Source: Glaucostegus cemiculus
Taxonomy: Eukaryota
NCBI GenBank assembly: GCA_976551045.1
Contig: CDPCPM010000125.1
Coordinates: 1,550,001-1,614,000 of the forward strand
Length of the DNA stretch: 64,000 bases
Reading direction: 5' to 3'
Under the pieces are notes generated by a model that was not told where the DNA came from, searched no databases, and worked only from the letters and a program-made list of their open reading frames with translations. Shown one piece after another: positions 57,801 through 64,000 of the stretch. The position numbers and the translations under genes were made by a program. How positions within the stretch are numbered: the stretch's first letter is position 1; every line of letters begins with the position of its first letter.

Positions 57801-60800
57801 TATATTTTCTCCATCCAGAACCTGGTGTAATAACGAGGACTCAATATGTTAGTGGTCTGTCGCCGTGTCATTTGATGTGCCAGTTAAAAGTCAGGTATGA
57901 AAATAAGATATAAGAAATAGAAGCTGTTCGGCCATTGGACGTCCTACTCTGCCCTTCAACGTGATTGTGGCTGATCTTTTACCTCAGTGTCACTTCCATG
58001 CACTAAAATTATATGCCGCTATTCCCTTTCTATCTAAAAGTCTGCCGCTCTCGGTCTCGAATATACTCCTCCGTTGAGATGTCACAGCTCTGTAGGACAG
58101 AGAATTCCAAATATTAACTATAGATAATCTGACCGATGAGGAGCTTCTGGCCAAAATATTCTAGGATCTTTCTATTTTCACAGCAACTGCGAGAATAGAG
58201 TTAATAGGTAGCAACACCTTCGTCAAGATTATCCTCAACAATGGAGTCCCACAAGGCTGAGTCCTCAGCTCCCTACACTACTCACTATACCACACGACTG
58301 CGTGGACAGATTCTGCTCTAACTCCATCTGCAAGTTTGCAGATGATACCGCCGTAGTGGGCCGTATCTAAACTAATGATGAGAGTGCAGGATGGAGGTAT
58401 AGAGCCTAGTGACATCGTGTCATGACAACAATCCTTCCCTCAGTGTCAGCAAAAGAGATGGTGGCTGACTTCATGGAGAGGGGCGGTGCACCTGCTCCTG
58501 TTTACATCAACGGCGCTGAGGTCGAGAGGGTGGACAGCTTCCAGTTTCTAGGAGTGAATATCACCAACAGCCTGCCCTGGTCCAACCACGTAGACACCAC
58601 GGCCAAGAAAGCTCACCAGCTCCTCTACTTCCTCAGGAACCTAAAAATATTGGCATGTTCCTTTTAAAACTTCACCAGTTTTTACCGATGCACAATGGAA
58701 AGTATCCTGTCCTCATGCATCACAGACTGGCAGAGCTACTCCTCCATGGACTCTGCCTACACTAGTCGCTGACCAGGTAAAGCAGCTAACATAATCAAAT
58801 ACCCCACCCACCTCGGACATTCCCTCTTCTTCCTCCTCCTATCGGGCAGAAGATACAAAATTCCTGAAAGCACTTACCATCAGGCTCAAGGACAGCCTCT
58901 ATCCCGCTGTTATAAGACTATTGAACGGTCCCCTAATAGGATAAGATGGACTCGTGACCTTATCATCTATCTCATCATGGCTTTGCACCTTATTATCTAA
59001 CTGCACTGCGCTTCTGTAACTGCAACACTTTAATCTGCATTCCGTTCTCGTTTTACCTTGTACTCCCTGGATTCGCTGTTGTAATGAATTGATCTGTTTG
59101 AACAGTATACAAGACAAGCTTTTCACTGGACTTTATATATGGAACAATAATAAACCAATTTACCAGCTAAGTTTGGTCGTGGAAAATGGACTTCCGCAAG
59201 TTGGCTTACGGAAAACAATGCCTGTGACGGCAGAGGATGAGAGTCAAGACGAGAAGGTGACAGGCATATCAGTTACAGAGGTAACACAGGCATAACGATG
59301 TGAAACACAGGAGGAATCTGGAAGAGGTGTTCATTATTGCAGATGTAAATATAGATCATCATGATGATAGTCACAATATGCTAGTGGAAATTCATTACAT
59401 TCCTTGGCGACAGCAGAGAAATTGATGACTGAGAAAGTTCATGTTATTCTTCGTTTGATAGATACACGGATAAAATAATACATTCCTGCTCCTATACTAA
59501 TATCTCAAATACTTTTTGAGACTGTTGATAGTTGAGGTGTGGTGACACATGTGTTTTTGATGACGTAAATACAGGGTATGTCTATGCGGTACATAACAGT
59601 AGAAAATGTAATTTATTCGAAAGAATAGTCCGGTCACTCTGCAAAAGAAAACAACAACACGATAGCGTAGCGGTTAGCGCGACGCTGTTACAGCGACAGC
59701 GATCAGGGTTCGATTCCCGTCGCTGACTGTAAGGAGCCTGTACGTTCTGCCGTGTCTGCGTGGGTTTCTTCCGGGTGCTCCGGTTTCCTCGCTCATTCTA
59801 AAAGACGTACGGGTAGGTTAATTTGGGGGTTCAAAATGGGCGGCGTGGACTCGTTGGGCCTGTTACCACGCTGTAAATAAAAAATAAAAATAAAATTAAA
59901 ATGTCTAACTGCTGGGACCTAGCTCTGTAGCTGTGAAGTGCAAGAAAGCTACAGGAACGCCTAGATCCCATACTACTTCACAGCCACTTGCCGATCACTT
60001 CCGTCATGGATTCAAGTCCTGAAATGCCGACTTCCTGCAGTTCCCGGCACCTAATTCGTTTTAAATGTTTCTGGCCTTTTAAGCATTCTGCATGTATTTC
60101 AATTTAAGACATATGTTCATTGTTAGGAGCATTTGACTACTTTTAGTATATTCCATTCACAAATTTTCAAGCTGTTTAACATCTTTAACATCCAGTGTAA
60201 CATGAGGACGATGACTGCCAAAATATTTCTATGCTATTTACGACCCATCCTAGCAGAAAGCCTCATCGATCAATTTCAAGCAAATTGCAAACACTTCGTT
60301 GCCTCTCGAAGATTTATTCTAGCTAAGATAACGTTTACTACATAGTTATGAGGTGATTGCGTGTGGTGACACAGAGTAACTTCCCACTGGGCCAATAACA
60401 ATTTATTTTACATATATTATTTCCAAGTTCAGTAGGTCCACAACCTAATCGTAAAACAAATACGGTTTGCAATTTGCTTTCATGATTCGTGGTCGCCAAT
60501 CATCGATCACTTATGTAATTTGTGGAACAGGTAAGATTGGGTGCATATGATAAATAGAGGACAGATAGTAATTGATGAAATACTTACAGGGGTAATTGCG
60601 AATAACACTGGTGCCACAAGTTCCGATCTTACGGTCACCTCCACAAATTGTGACGGAAGCAGTTTCAATTTCACATTTCTAAGAGAAGGAAAAAGAATAT
60701 GAACTTGAAAATACAAAAGCATTAGATTCTGTGAAAATGGGAAACAAAACCGCCACTTTGATTGTTTCCTCAAAGTTCAACCAATCGCGCACTTGTGTCC

Positions 60801-63278
60801 CTATGATGTGACATCATGCTTTGAAGATCAAGAGCTGCAGAAGCAAGCATTTTCTGTATGGACATAATAAATCTTTATATAACGGCAGCTAAAGACATGC
60901 TTTCATTTACTTTCAGAAATAACAGCTTTGAGAAAAAGACTTCAAGAAGCAGGTCAGTGGAACAAAAAGCAATAAAAAACAGAGGCAATTTGTTTTTACG
61001 TCGACGACGAGAACATACTGAAGCAACATTTGACAAAGAACCAAATCAGGAGATAACGGGGCTGGTGATGAAAAGGATGGTTATAGCCTTAGGTCGGGAA
61101 AGAGAAAATTGCATATTGATGGAAGTAATCTCTGTTATCCAAACCAGTAAGTTTTTCAACATGACTGCCAATGAAGAAGGGATAAAACAAACACAGGACA
61201 TGCTTAAAACACTGAGCAGGTCAGGCAGCATCTGCGTAGAGAGAAAATGGTTTAACGTTTCAGATCCGAGACACTTCTTCAATACAGAAAGATGAATACC
61301 TGGCATTCCCAAGGACAAAAGATTCAAAACAATTCAGGAGATTCGTCGTATTTACGTTTCGGGGAAGATAAAAAGGTCTGGTGACCGGACAGACGAGCAA
61401 TTTGAACATAATTAGAATTTATTGGATCCATATTAGTAAGATCTCGTGAGAATGTGCGGAGAATGAAAATGGAATTAATGTGGAGTTAGGGCAAAACGGG
61501 TGGTTTATCGTCAGTGCGGACTCTATGGGCCGAAGGGTCTGTTTCCAGGCTGTATCTCTGTGACTCTAAGATTCCATAACAGTTATTATACTGTATTAGG
61601 GAATAAAAATTCGCCGTGGCAGAGCACAGCCGTAATGACTTTCATACCCAACACACTGCTCGCCGAACACTCGTTCCTGGACCAAGCAAGCTGAATTGCG
61701 TTCGTCGAACATCATCACCGCCCATAGAATCCACTCGCCTACACGCAACTGAGCCGAATGCGGAGATCCCATCTCGTTGGTTCTCCGCACTTTGGTCTAG
61801 TGAGATGGGGGTGTGGTGTCCATAGCCAACAATACTGAAAAATCAATTAAAGCTTTGAACTGGATGTACTTTATTTTAAATGCCAATCCCATGAAATGAA
61901 CGGGGAATTCAGTCCTAAGCCACTCCATGAAGAGAAATACGTCGTTGTTAAATGAGGTCGCTGTTCTGCAGAGATCCAGGGCAGATTTTCCAGAATTTCC
62001 TCTTTATCAAATGAGATGCGTTCCATTTTCTCCATCTATACTGATGCAGCATGGTCTGTTTTTATTAACAGTGTGAACGGTTTCCCCCCATGCAGTAAAT
62101 CTGTGATTTTACCTTGATTTTCGATCATTCCTTCAGACTAAGCATTTTTTTATGAAGAAATACGGATGCGCACATTAATTTCGAATAAAGCCAGCTTTAA
62201 TATTCTTAAATGGACTGTAAACAACTACTTGAAATTAAATCAGTGTCGGGGCTGGGAATGACAAGCAAGGAAGATATATAGTGAGGATTCAGACAAAATA
62301 GCTTCTCGGGGTTTTTTTATCCGAATTAACTCTCCTATCTGAATCAAGGTGTTGAAAAGGTTGAGAGAAGGCTTCGTTTCATTTGGGGAATTCCTGAACC
62401 TTCTTCGAAAGCATCGTATCAGTAAAATTAGGGGAGGAGTCCAGTAAACAGCAAAATGACTGATACCATGATACTTAATCGGCTTCAATCCTTTGAGCCT
62501 GGAGATAGGAATCACAAACTCAGAAACGTGTTACTTTTTGCCACTGATGCTAAAAGGAAGGCAAAGAAACCCGAAGACAAAGCACACTTTCTTTTTCGAT
62601 CTTCGTCTGCGTAGTAATCCCACGATTTTCCACTGATTTAAATCTGTTCCTGGTGTAGGGTAACTAGATCTCGCCAATATCGCTTTGTCACCTATTGACT
62701 CTGGTCAAAGTGGAACACGAATATTCCACTTTAAATTTCCACCTGGTTTGTAACTAGTGGCTTAGAATGATGCGATAGAAGTGCAAATTATGATTACAAA
62801 CAAGAAGGAATCTGAAGCAGCAGCAGCATATGAATCAACATTTCAAAATAGATTTGAGGCCCTGGATGACATGGTTATCCGGTAATGACATAGTTTCCGA
62901 TGAGTAAAGTGCACTGATTTCCCTAGCATGCATTTCTCATAATCTGATGAAGATAATATCCAGCATGTTTATCTTCGGCGGTGAATACATATAACGGCTG
63001 GAACAAGGAACAATGTTTCAGCAAAGGAAGATCTGCTTCATTAAAATGAGAGGCAGCATATCTGCAAAGTAATGCACATGACCGTTTAATCACAATTCAT
63101 GTTTGGGGGTTTCTCGGATCTTTCCGGTTTATCGATCTCTGTGCCCACGTGGTTGAAGCAATATTTGGCGAAAGGTTTTGCATTGAAAGATAGGTAAAAA
63201 GTATAAATAAGCAACCGGCGAAATCGAAAAACCCTATCTCTCTTGTTGCAGAAAATGACTTGGAGAGGAAAGAGACAG
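573..63278 (+). CDS. Internal part of a multi-micro-exon gene (28 exons, 861 nt, 287 aa) encoding a long heptad-repeat coiled coil with a 21-aa period; 5' and 3' ends outside the window
   Basis: 28 AG...GT-bounded phase-1 exons (12x36, 15x27, 1x24 nt) in near-strict alternation. Spliced translation is stop-free: ELQQVKKNFTDCESTLTNKMKELQKLKETIQDIQRKLSGKEKELEKSRSSLLDCEQSLNNKGKALEKVKKDNLECETKLTSKIKELETLKNNIYDREQSLSRAEKSIGKLKDYIEDIELKLNKKEKEVGKLKDNLNDTEQRLGKKEKDVEKLRANLQEAESSLKAKTKELNNLNKDYTDIDDKLRTKEKELNKLKIRLDDTDGQCVQNMKALEEKLKTSEETLLSTQAENEDLSKNVKQLEETLHSKEEEFSKCRIDDEELREKDGEITALRKRLQEAENDLERKET (first residue assumes an upstream G). Confidence 0.88.
1284..1310 (+). CDS. micro-exon 2 (27 nt) ESTLTNKMK
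   Basis: ttcttgtaattag|AAAGTA...ATGAAAG|gtaagc. Confidence 0.85.
2292..2327 (+). CDS. micro-exon 3 (36 nt) ELQKLKETIQDI
   Basis: ctttttgacag|AACTGC...GATATCC|gtgagt. Confidence 0.88.
2888..2914 (+). CDS. micro-exon 4 (27 nt) QRKLSGKEK
   Basis: gttgacaacag|AAAGAA...GAAAAAG|gtaagg. Confidence 0.83.
4098..4740 (-). mobile_element. 3' fragment of a Rex1/Babar-type LINE with (GATTCT)n tail, interrupted by (TA)n
   Basis: Minus ORFs 4513-4755 (ILTHCIIIWFGSCS) and 4283-4513 (DPSHPSYHLFTLLPAGRR...RLCNSFFPQAIR) match the typical C-terminus of this LINE clade. Confidence 0.8.
4546..4579. repeat. (TA)n microsatellite
   Basis: Direct reading. Confidence 0.95.
5289..5324 (+). CDS. micro-exon 5 (36 nt) ELEKSRSSLLDC
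   Basis: ccccattttag|AACTTG...GATTGTG|gtgagt. Confidence 0.88.
5975..6192 (+). mobile_element. Degenerate V-SINE-like element
   Basis: Core ttctccccgtgcctgcgtgggtttcc...gctccggtttcc shared with the SINEs at 20.7 and 59.7 kb; different 3' tail ending aataaagatatcttatctta. Confidence 0.65.
6392..6418 (+). CDS. micro-exon 6 (27 nt) EQSLNNKGK
   Basis: tttgcaattag|AGCAAA...GGGAAAG|gtgagc. Confidence 0.85.
6698..6753. repeat. Perfect 28-bp tandem duplication
   Basis: acctccgcttgaacagtctgcggccaca x2. Confidence 0.95.
6945..7750 (-). mobile_element. Old degenerate CR1 LINE, 3' part (host of the younger CR1)
   Basis: ORF 7193-7606 is decayed CR1 ORF2 C-terminus (FGRTN...ERDLG); FADD-like motif near 7715. 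Confidence 0.7.
7765..10203 (-). mobile_element. Young 5'-truncated CR1 LINE, ORF2 (end of APE endonuclease plus RT), frameshifted
   Basis: ORFs 9539-10258 (LDLVLGNE, GDSDH), 8836-9618 (KSPGPDGI, QHGF, DLSKAFDKVPH) and 7841-8704 (KFADDTK, RPHLEYCVQFWSP); CR1 3' end motif near 7770-7810. Confidence 0.95.
10204..10590 (-). mobile_element. Old degenerate CR1 LINE, RT part (continues into 6945-7750)
   Basis: Minus translation DWLADRQHRV...VPQG; decayed DFSKAFDKV-like motif. Confidence 0.7.
11130..11165 (+). CDS. micro-exon 7 (36 nt) ALEKVKKDNLEC
   Basis: acttgcttatag|CGCTTG...GAATGTG|gtgagt. Confidence 0.86.
11762..11830. repeat. (CT)n(CA)n compound microsatellite
   Basis: Direct reading. Confidence 0.92.
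12391..12417 (+). CDS. micro-exon 8 (27 nt) ETKLTSKIK
   Basis: tttttattttag|AAACAA...ATCAAAG|gtgcca (weak donor). Confidence 0.8.
12989..13904. repeat. Long inverted repeat (arms ~12989-13246 and ~13656-13904, ~410-bp spacer)
   Basis: ttttcagatttctttacttgattt vs aaatcaagtaaagaaatctgaaaa; aatgcagcaaccgatgcct vs aggcatcggttgctgcatt; ttcaatgactctagttgctattg vs caatagcaactagagtcattgaa. Confidence 0.92.
14015..14050 (+). CDS. micro-exon 9 (36 nt) ELETLKNNIYDR
   Basis: tctctcgcag|AACTGG...GACCGGG|gtgagt. Confidence 0.88.
16004..16030 (+). CDS. micro-exon 10 (27 nt) EQSLSRAEK
   Basis: ttattttgcag|AACAAA...GAAAAAA|gtaagt. Confidence 0.86.
17812..17847 (+). CDS. micro-exon 11 (36 nt) SIGKLKDYIEDI
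   Basis: ctgctttttag|GTATAG...GATATCG|gtgagg. Confidence 0.85.
18967..18993 (+). CDS. micro-exon 12 (27 nt) ELKLNKKEK
   Basis: tctttcaactag|AACTAA...GAAAAAG|gtgagc. Confidence 0.87.
19157..19351. other. Assembly gap (195 N)
   Basis: Run of N. Confidence 1.
19665..19700 (+). CDS. micro-exon 13 (36 nt) EVGKLKDNLNDT
   Basis: ttttcttttag|AAGTTG...GATACAG|gtcaat. Confidence 0.83.
20705..20957 (-). mobile_element. tRNA-derived V-SINE, full-length young copy
   Basis: Minus strand has A box TAGCGTAGCGG, B box GGTTCGATTCC, V-domain gggtttcctccgggtgttccggtttcctccc and an A-rich tail; close match to 59658-59900. Confidence 0.88.
22422..22448 (+). CDS. micro-exon 14 (27 nt) EQRLGKKEK
   Basis: ttttgactcag|AACAAA...GAGAAAG|gtactg. 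Confidence 0.84.
24270..24305 (+). CDS. micro-exon 15 (36 nt) DVEKLRANLQEA
   Basis: ttttttttcag|ATGTGG...GAAGCAG|gtcagc. Confidence 0.86.
27137..27805 (-). mobile_element. Penelope-like element 3' fragment (GIY-YIG C-terminus and 3' terminal region)
   Basis: ORF 27515-27802 EHLRSVRR...HFNS...RRRLEEHHLIFRLGSLQPDGHNIDFSN; terminal motif ctgctgagttcctccagca. Confidence 0.82.
28200..28620 (+). mobile_element. Degenerate CR1 ORF1 (esterase-like) fragment
   Basis: CLPxxRVQDV and HVGTNDIG-like (cacgttggtactaatgacatagg) motifs. Confidence 0.7.
28900..29560 (-). mobile_element. Highly decayed CR1 ORF2 fragment
   Basis: Residual RT-region motifs on minus strand. Confidence 0.45.
30036..30062 (+). 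CDS. micro-exon 16 (27 nt) ESSLKAKTK
   Basis: ttttgtttcag|AAAGCA...ACTAAAG|gtaggg. Confidence 0.86.
30986..31025. repeat. 10-bp unit x4 (tgtgcRatWa)
   Basis: tgtgcaataa tgtgcgataa tgtgcaatta tgtgcgataa. Confidence 0.85.
32297..32332 (+). CDS. micro-exon 17 (36 nt) ELNNLNKDYTDI
   Basis: cttcctttcag|AATTAA...GATATAG|gtgtgg. Confidence 0.84.
33513..33539 (+). CDS. micro-exon 18 (27 nt) DDKLRTKEK
   Basis: ttttacttatag|ATGATA...GAAAAAG|gtagat. Confidence 0.84.
35310..36680 (-). mobile_element. Old CR1 LINE 3' fragment
   Basis: CR1-like 3' end near 35315-35360; minus-strand KFEDD (FADD-like) near 36290 and LFDKVPRER (AFDKVPH-like). Confidence 0.7.
36882..36917 (+). CDS. micro-exon 19 (36 nt) ELNKLKIRLDDT
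   Basis: ttctttctcag|AACTTA...GATACAG|gtgaga. Confidence 0.88.
37505..37531 (+). CDS. micro-exon 20 (27 nt) DGQCVQNMK
   Basis: atcataaacag|ATGGAC...ATGAAAG|gtaaat; poor pyrimidine tract but correct size, phase and AAAG end. Confidence 0.68.
39225..39810. mobile_element. Cluster of Penelope-related short terminal remnants in opposing orientation
   Basis: tgctggaaatgtt.. and ctactggaggaattcag.. face cctgctgagtacttccagcatttt; similar remnants at ~15640, 38600, 55795-56190, 56960-57075 and 61200. Confidence 0.55.
40432..40458 (+). CDS. micro-exon 21 (27 nt, in a 36-nt slot) ALEEKLKTS
   Basis: tcttattgcag|CATTGG...ACTTCAG|gtgaat. Confidence 0.8.
40850..40876 (+). CDS. micro-exon 22 (27 nt) EETLLSTQA
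   Basis: atcctatgcag|AGGAAA...CAAGCAG|gtaatg. Confidence 0.8.
41290..42200 (+). mobile_element. Old CR1 LINE RT fragment
   Basis: Decayed VTLFKK, SLTS, IYINDLEEG and DDTKL-like motifs. Confidence 0.7.
43440..43690 (-). mobile_element. Probable CR1 ORF1 N-terminal fragment
   Basis: Decayed leucine-zipper-like coding on minus strand resembling CR1 ORF1. Confidence 0.4.
44139..44193. repeat. 55-bp near-perfect palindrome
   Basis: TAATTTTCAATTACACTAATAAGTGG-A-CCACTCTTATCAGTGTAATTGAAAATTA. Confidence 0.92.
45435..45470 (+). CDS. micro-exon 23 (36 nt) ENEDLSKNVKQL
   Basis: ttcaatttcag|AAAATG...CAGTTGG|gtgaga. Confidence 0.84.
45783..45858. repeat. (GT)n microsatellite
   Basis: Direct reading. 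Confidence 0.97.
46320..46397 (+). mobile_element. Short 3'-end copy of the Rex-type LINE with (GATTCT)3 tail
   Basis: ttgtgacaataaaatgattctgattctgattct; reverse complement of the ends at 4098 and 49122. Confidence 0.75.
46494..46520 (+). CDS. micro-exon 24 (27 nt) EETLHSKEE
   Basis: gcttcccacag|AGGAAA...GAGGAAG|gtaacg. Confidence 0.84.
46650..48130 (+). mobile_element. Old CR1 LINE ORF2 3' half
   Basis: Decayed GKSCLTN, KAFD, INDRG...KFVDVT and LYKTLIQPHLE motifs. Confidence 0.72.
48650..50070 (+). mobile_element. CR1/L2-clade LINE 3' fragment interrupted by an insertion at ~49126-49590
   Basis: VMEHSPLAWMGA motif; 3' end ctcactaccaccttct...caattaggg...aatgctggc; a related fragment at ~54850-55190. 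Confidence 0.72.
49126..49590 (-). mobile_element. Short non-coding retroelement with Rex-type 3' tail and ~21-bp internal repeats, flanked by agtcag
   Basis: Tail (tcagaa)n and ~110 nt similar to 4098-4210; ccacagtccgacc x3. Confidence 0.7.
50425..50448 (+). CDS. micro-exon 25 (24 nt, in a 36-nt slot) EFSKCRID
   Basis: ctctggtttag|AATTTT...ATTGATG|gtgagt. Confidence 0.72.
51555..51890 (+). mobile_element. CR1 3'-end fragment
   Basis: MRDIDRV...LFP...GHRF-like coding; tgtttctgtgctgt terminus. Confidence 0.6.
52311..52337 (+). CDS. micro-exon 26 (27 nt) DEELREKDG
   Basis: gatgttgcag|ATGAAG...GATGGAG|gtgatg. Confidence 0.78.
53900..54380 (-). mobile_element. CR1 3'-end fragment
   Basis: ORF 54064-54285 GDLMEVHKILKDID...HGFKVRG. 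Confidence 0.75.
58200..59165 (+). mobile_element. Rex1/Babar-type LINE RT 3' fragment
   Basis: GVPQG*VLS, KFADDTAVVG, VERVDSFQFLGV, KKAHQLLYFLR and PTHLGHSLFFLLLSGRRY motifs. Confidence 0.85.
59658..59900 (+). mobile_element. tRNA-derived V-SINE copy
   Basis: A and B boxes, V-domain, (taaaaa)n tail; close match to 20705-20957. Confidence 0.88.
60917..60952 (+). CDS. micro-exon 27 (36 nt) EITALRKRLQEA
   Basis: ttactttcag|AAATAA...GAAGCAG|gtcagt. Confidence 0.87.
63252..63278 (+). CDS. micro-exon 28 (27 nt) ENDLERKET
   Basis: tcttgttgcag|AAAATG...GAGACAG|gtaact. Confidence 0.86.
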
Positions 63279-63789
63279 GTAACTGAGTCAATATCATTCT
63301 CTGTTGTCCCGTCAAAACATGAACTGTTGCGATTGGAAATGACGCGGTCCAGCCTTCATAAGAGGCACATAAGTGTACTGACCACAGGAGCCGATAGGAG
63401 ACTGTATATCGTCAGCTTCCTCTCAGTCTTCCCGATGTCTGCAAGGCAAAGGTCGCGACCATGATACAGTCCACATTGAATGCTTTTCAGCTTAAGTGAC
63501 AAAAGAGAAGGTCCGCCATTCACAACTAAACGACCCACGCAATTGATACTGTGTTCTTAAGCATGACCACTCATTACCTGCCACATCGGATCACCGTGGA
63601 TTCAGTATATACCATTTGGAAAATGCATCACATTTATTTGTCACCACTACAGCCTGTCACAAATCCTAATTATCTGTCACATAGCATTCTGACAGAGAGA
63701 TATATCAGTACTTACTTCTTGTTCCTGTTAGAATAAAAGGCAAGGTTAACAGATTTCTCGAACCTTGGTTATCGAGGGAGATTGAGACA

Positions 63790-64000
63790 CTGATAAAGAA
63801 AACGAAAGTGGCGCACATAAGGTATAGGCAAGTTAGGATCAAATGGGGTGCTTGAGCAGTTTAAGAAATGAAAAGTAACACTTAAGAAAGAAATCAGGAG
63901 GGCAAAATCAGGTCATGACCTTGCTCTGGCAGACAGGGTGAATGAGAATCTCAAGGGTTTCTAAAACTAAATTAAGGTCAAAAGGATTGCGAGGGACAAA
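63790..64000 (+). mobile_element. CR1 ORF2 fragment (runs off window)
   Basis: LKKEIRRAKSGHDLALADRVNENLKGF, homologous to LKKELRRARRGHEKMLARRVKENPKAF in the 9.6-kb CR1. Confidence 0.8.

Overview
Vertebrate genomic DNA. The CR1 LINEs, Rex/Babar-type LINEs, Penelope-like remnants and tRNA-derived V-SINEs resemble a cartilaginous-fish (shark/ray) genome, which is an inference. The ORF track shows little beyond retroelement debris. Reading splice signals by eye reveals a + strand gene that crosses the whole window as 28 symmetric phase-1 micro-exons, mostly alternating 36 and 27 nt. Spliced together they give 861 nt (287 codons) with no stop, encoding a continuous heptad-repeat coiled coil in which each 36+27 pair is 21 aa (3 heptads). 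Two irregular exons (-3 aa and -4 aa) cancel to exactly one heptad. Start and stop lie outside the window and I do not recognise the gene. Introns hold a nested young CR1, a ~250-bp-arm inverted repeat, a 55-bp palindrome, SINEs, microsatellites and a 195-N gap. Transposon boundaries are approximate.
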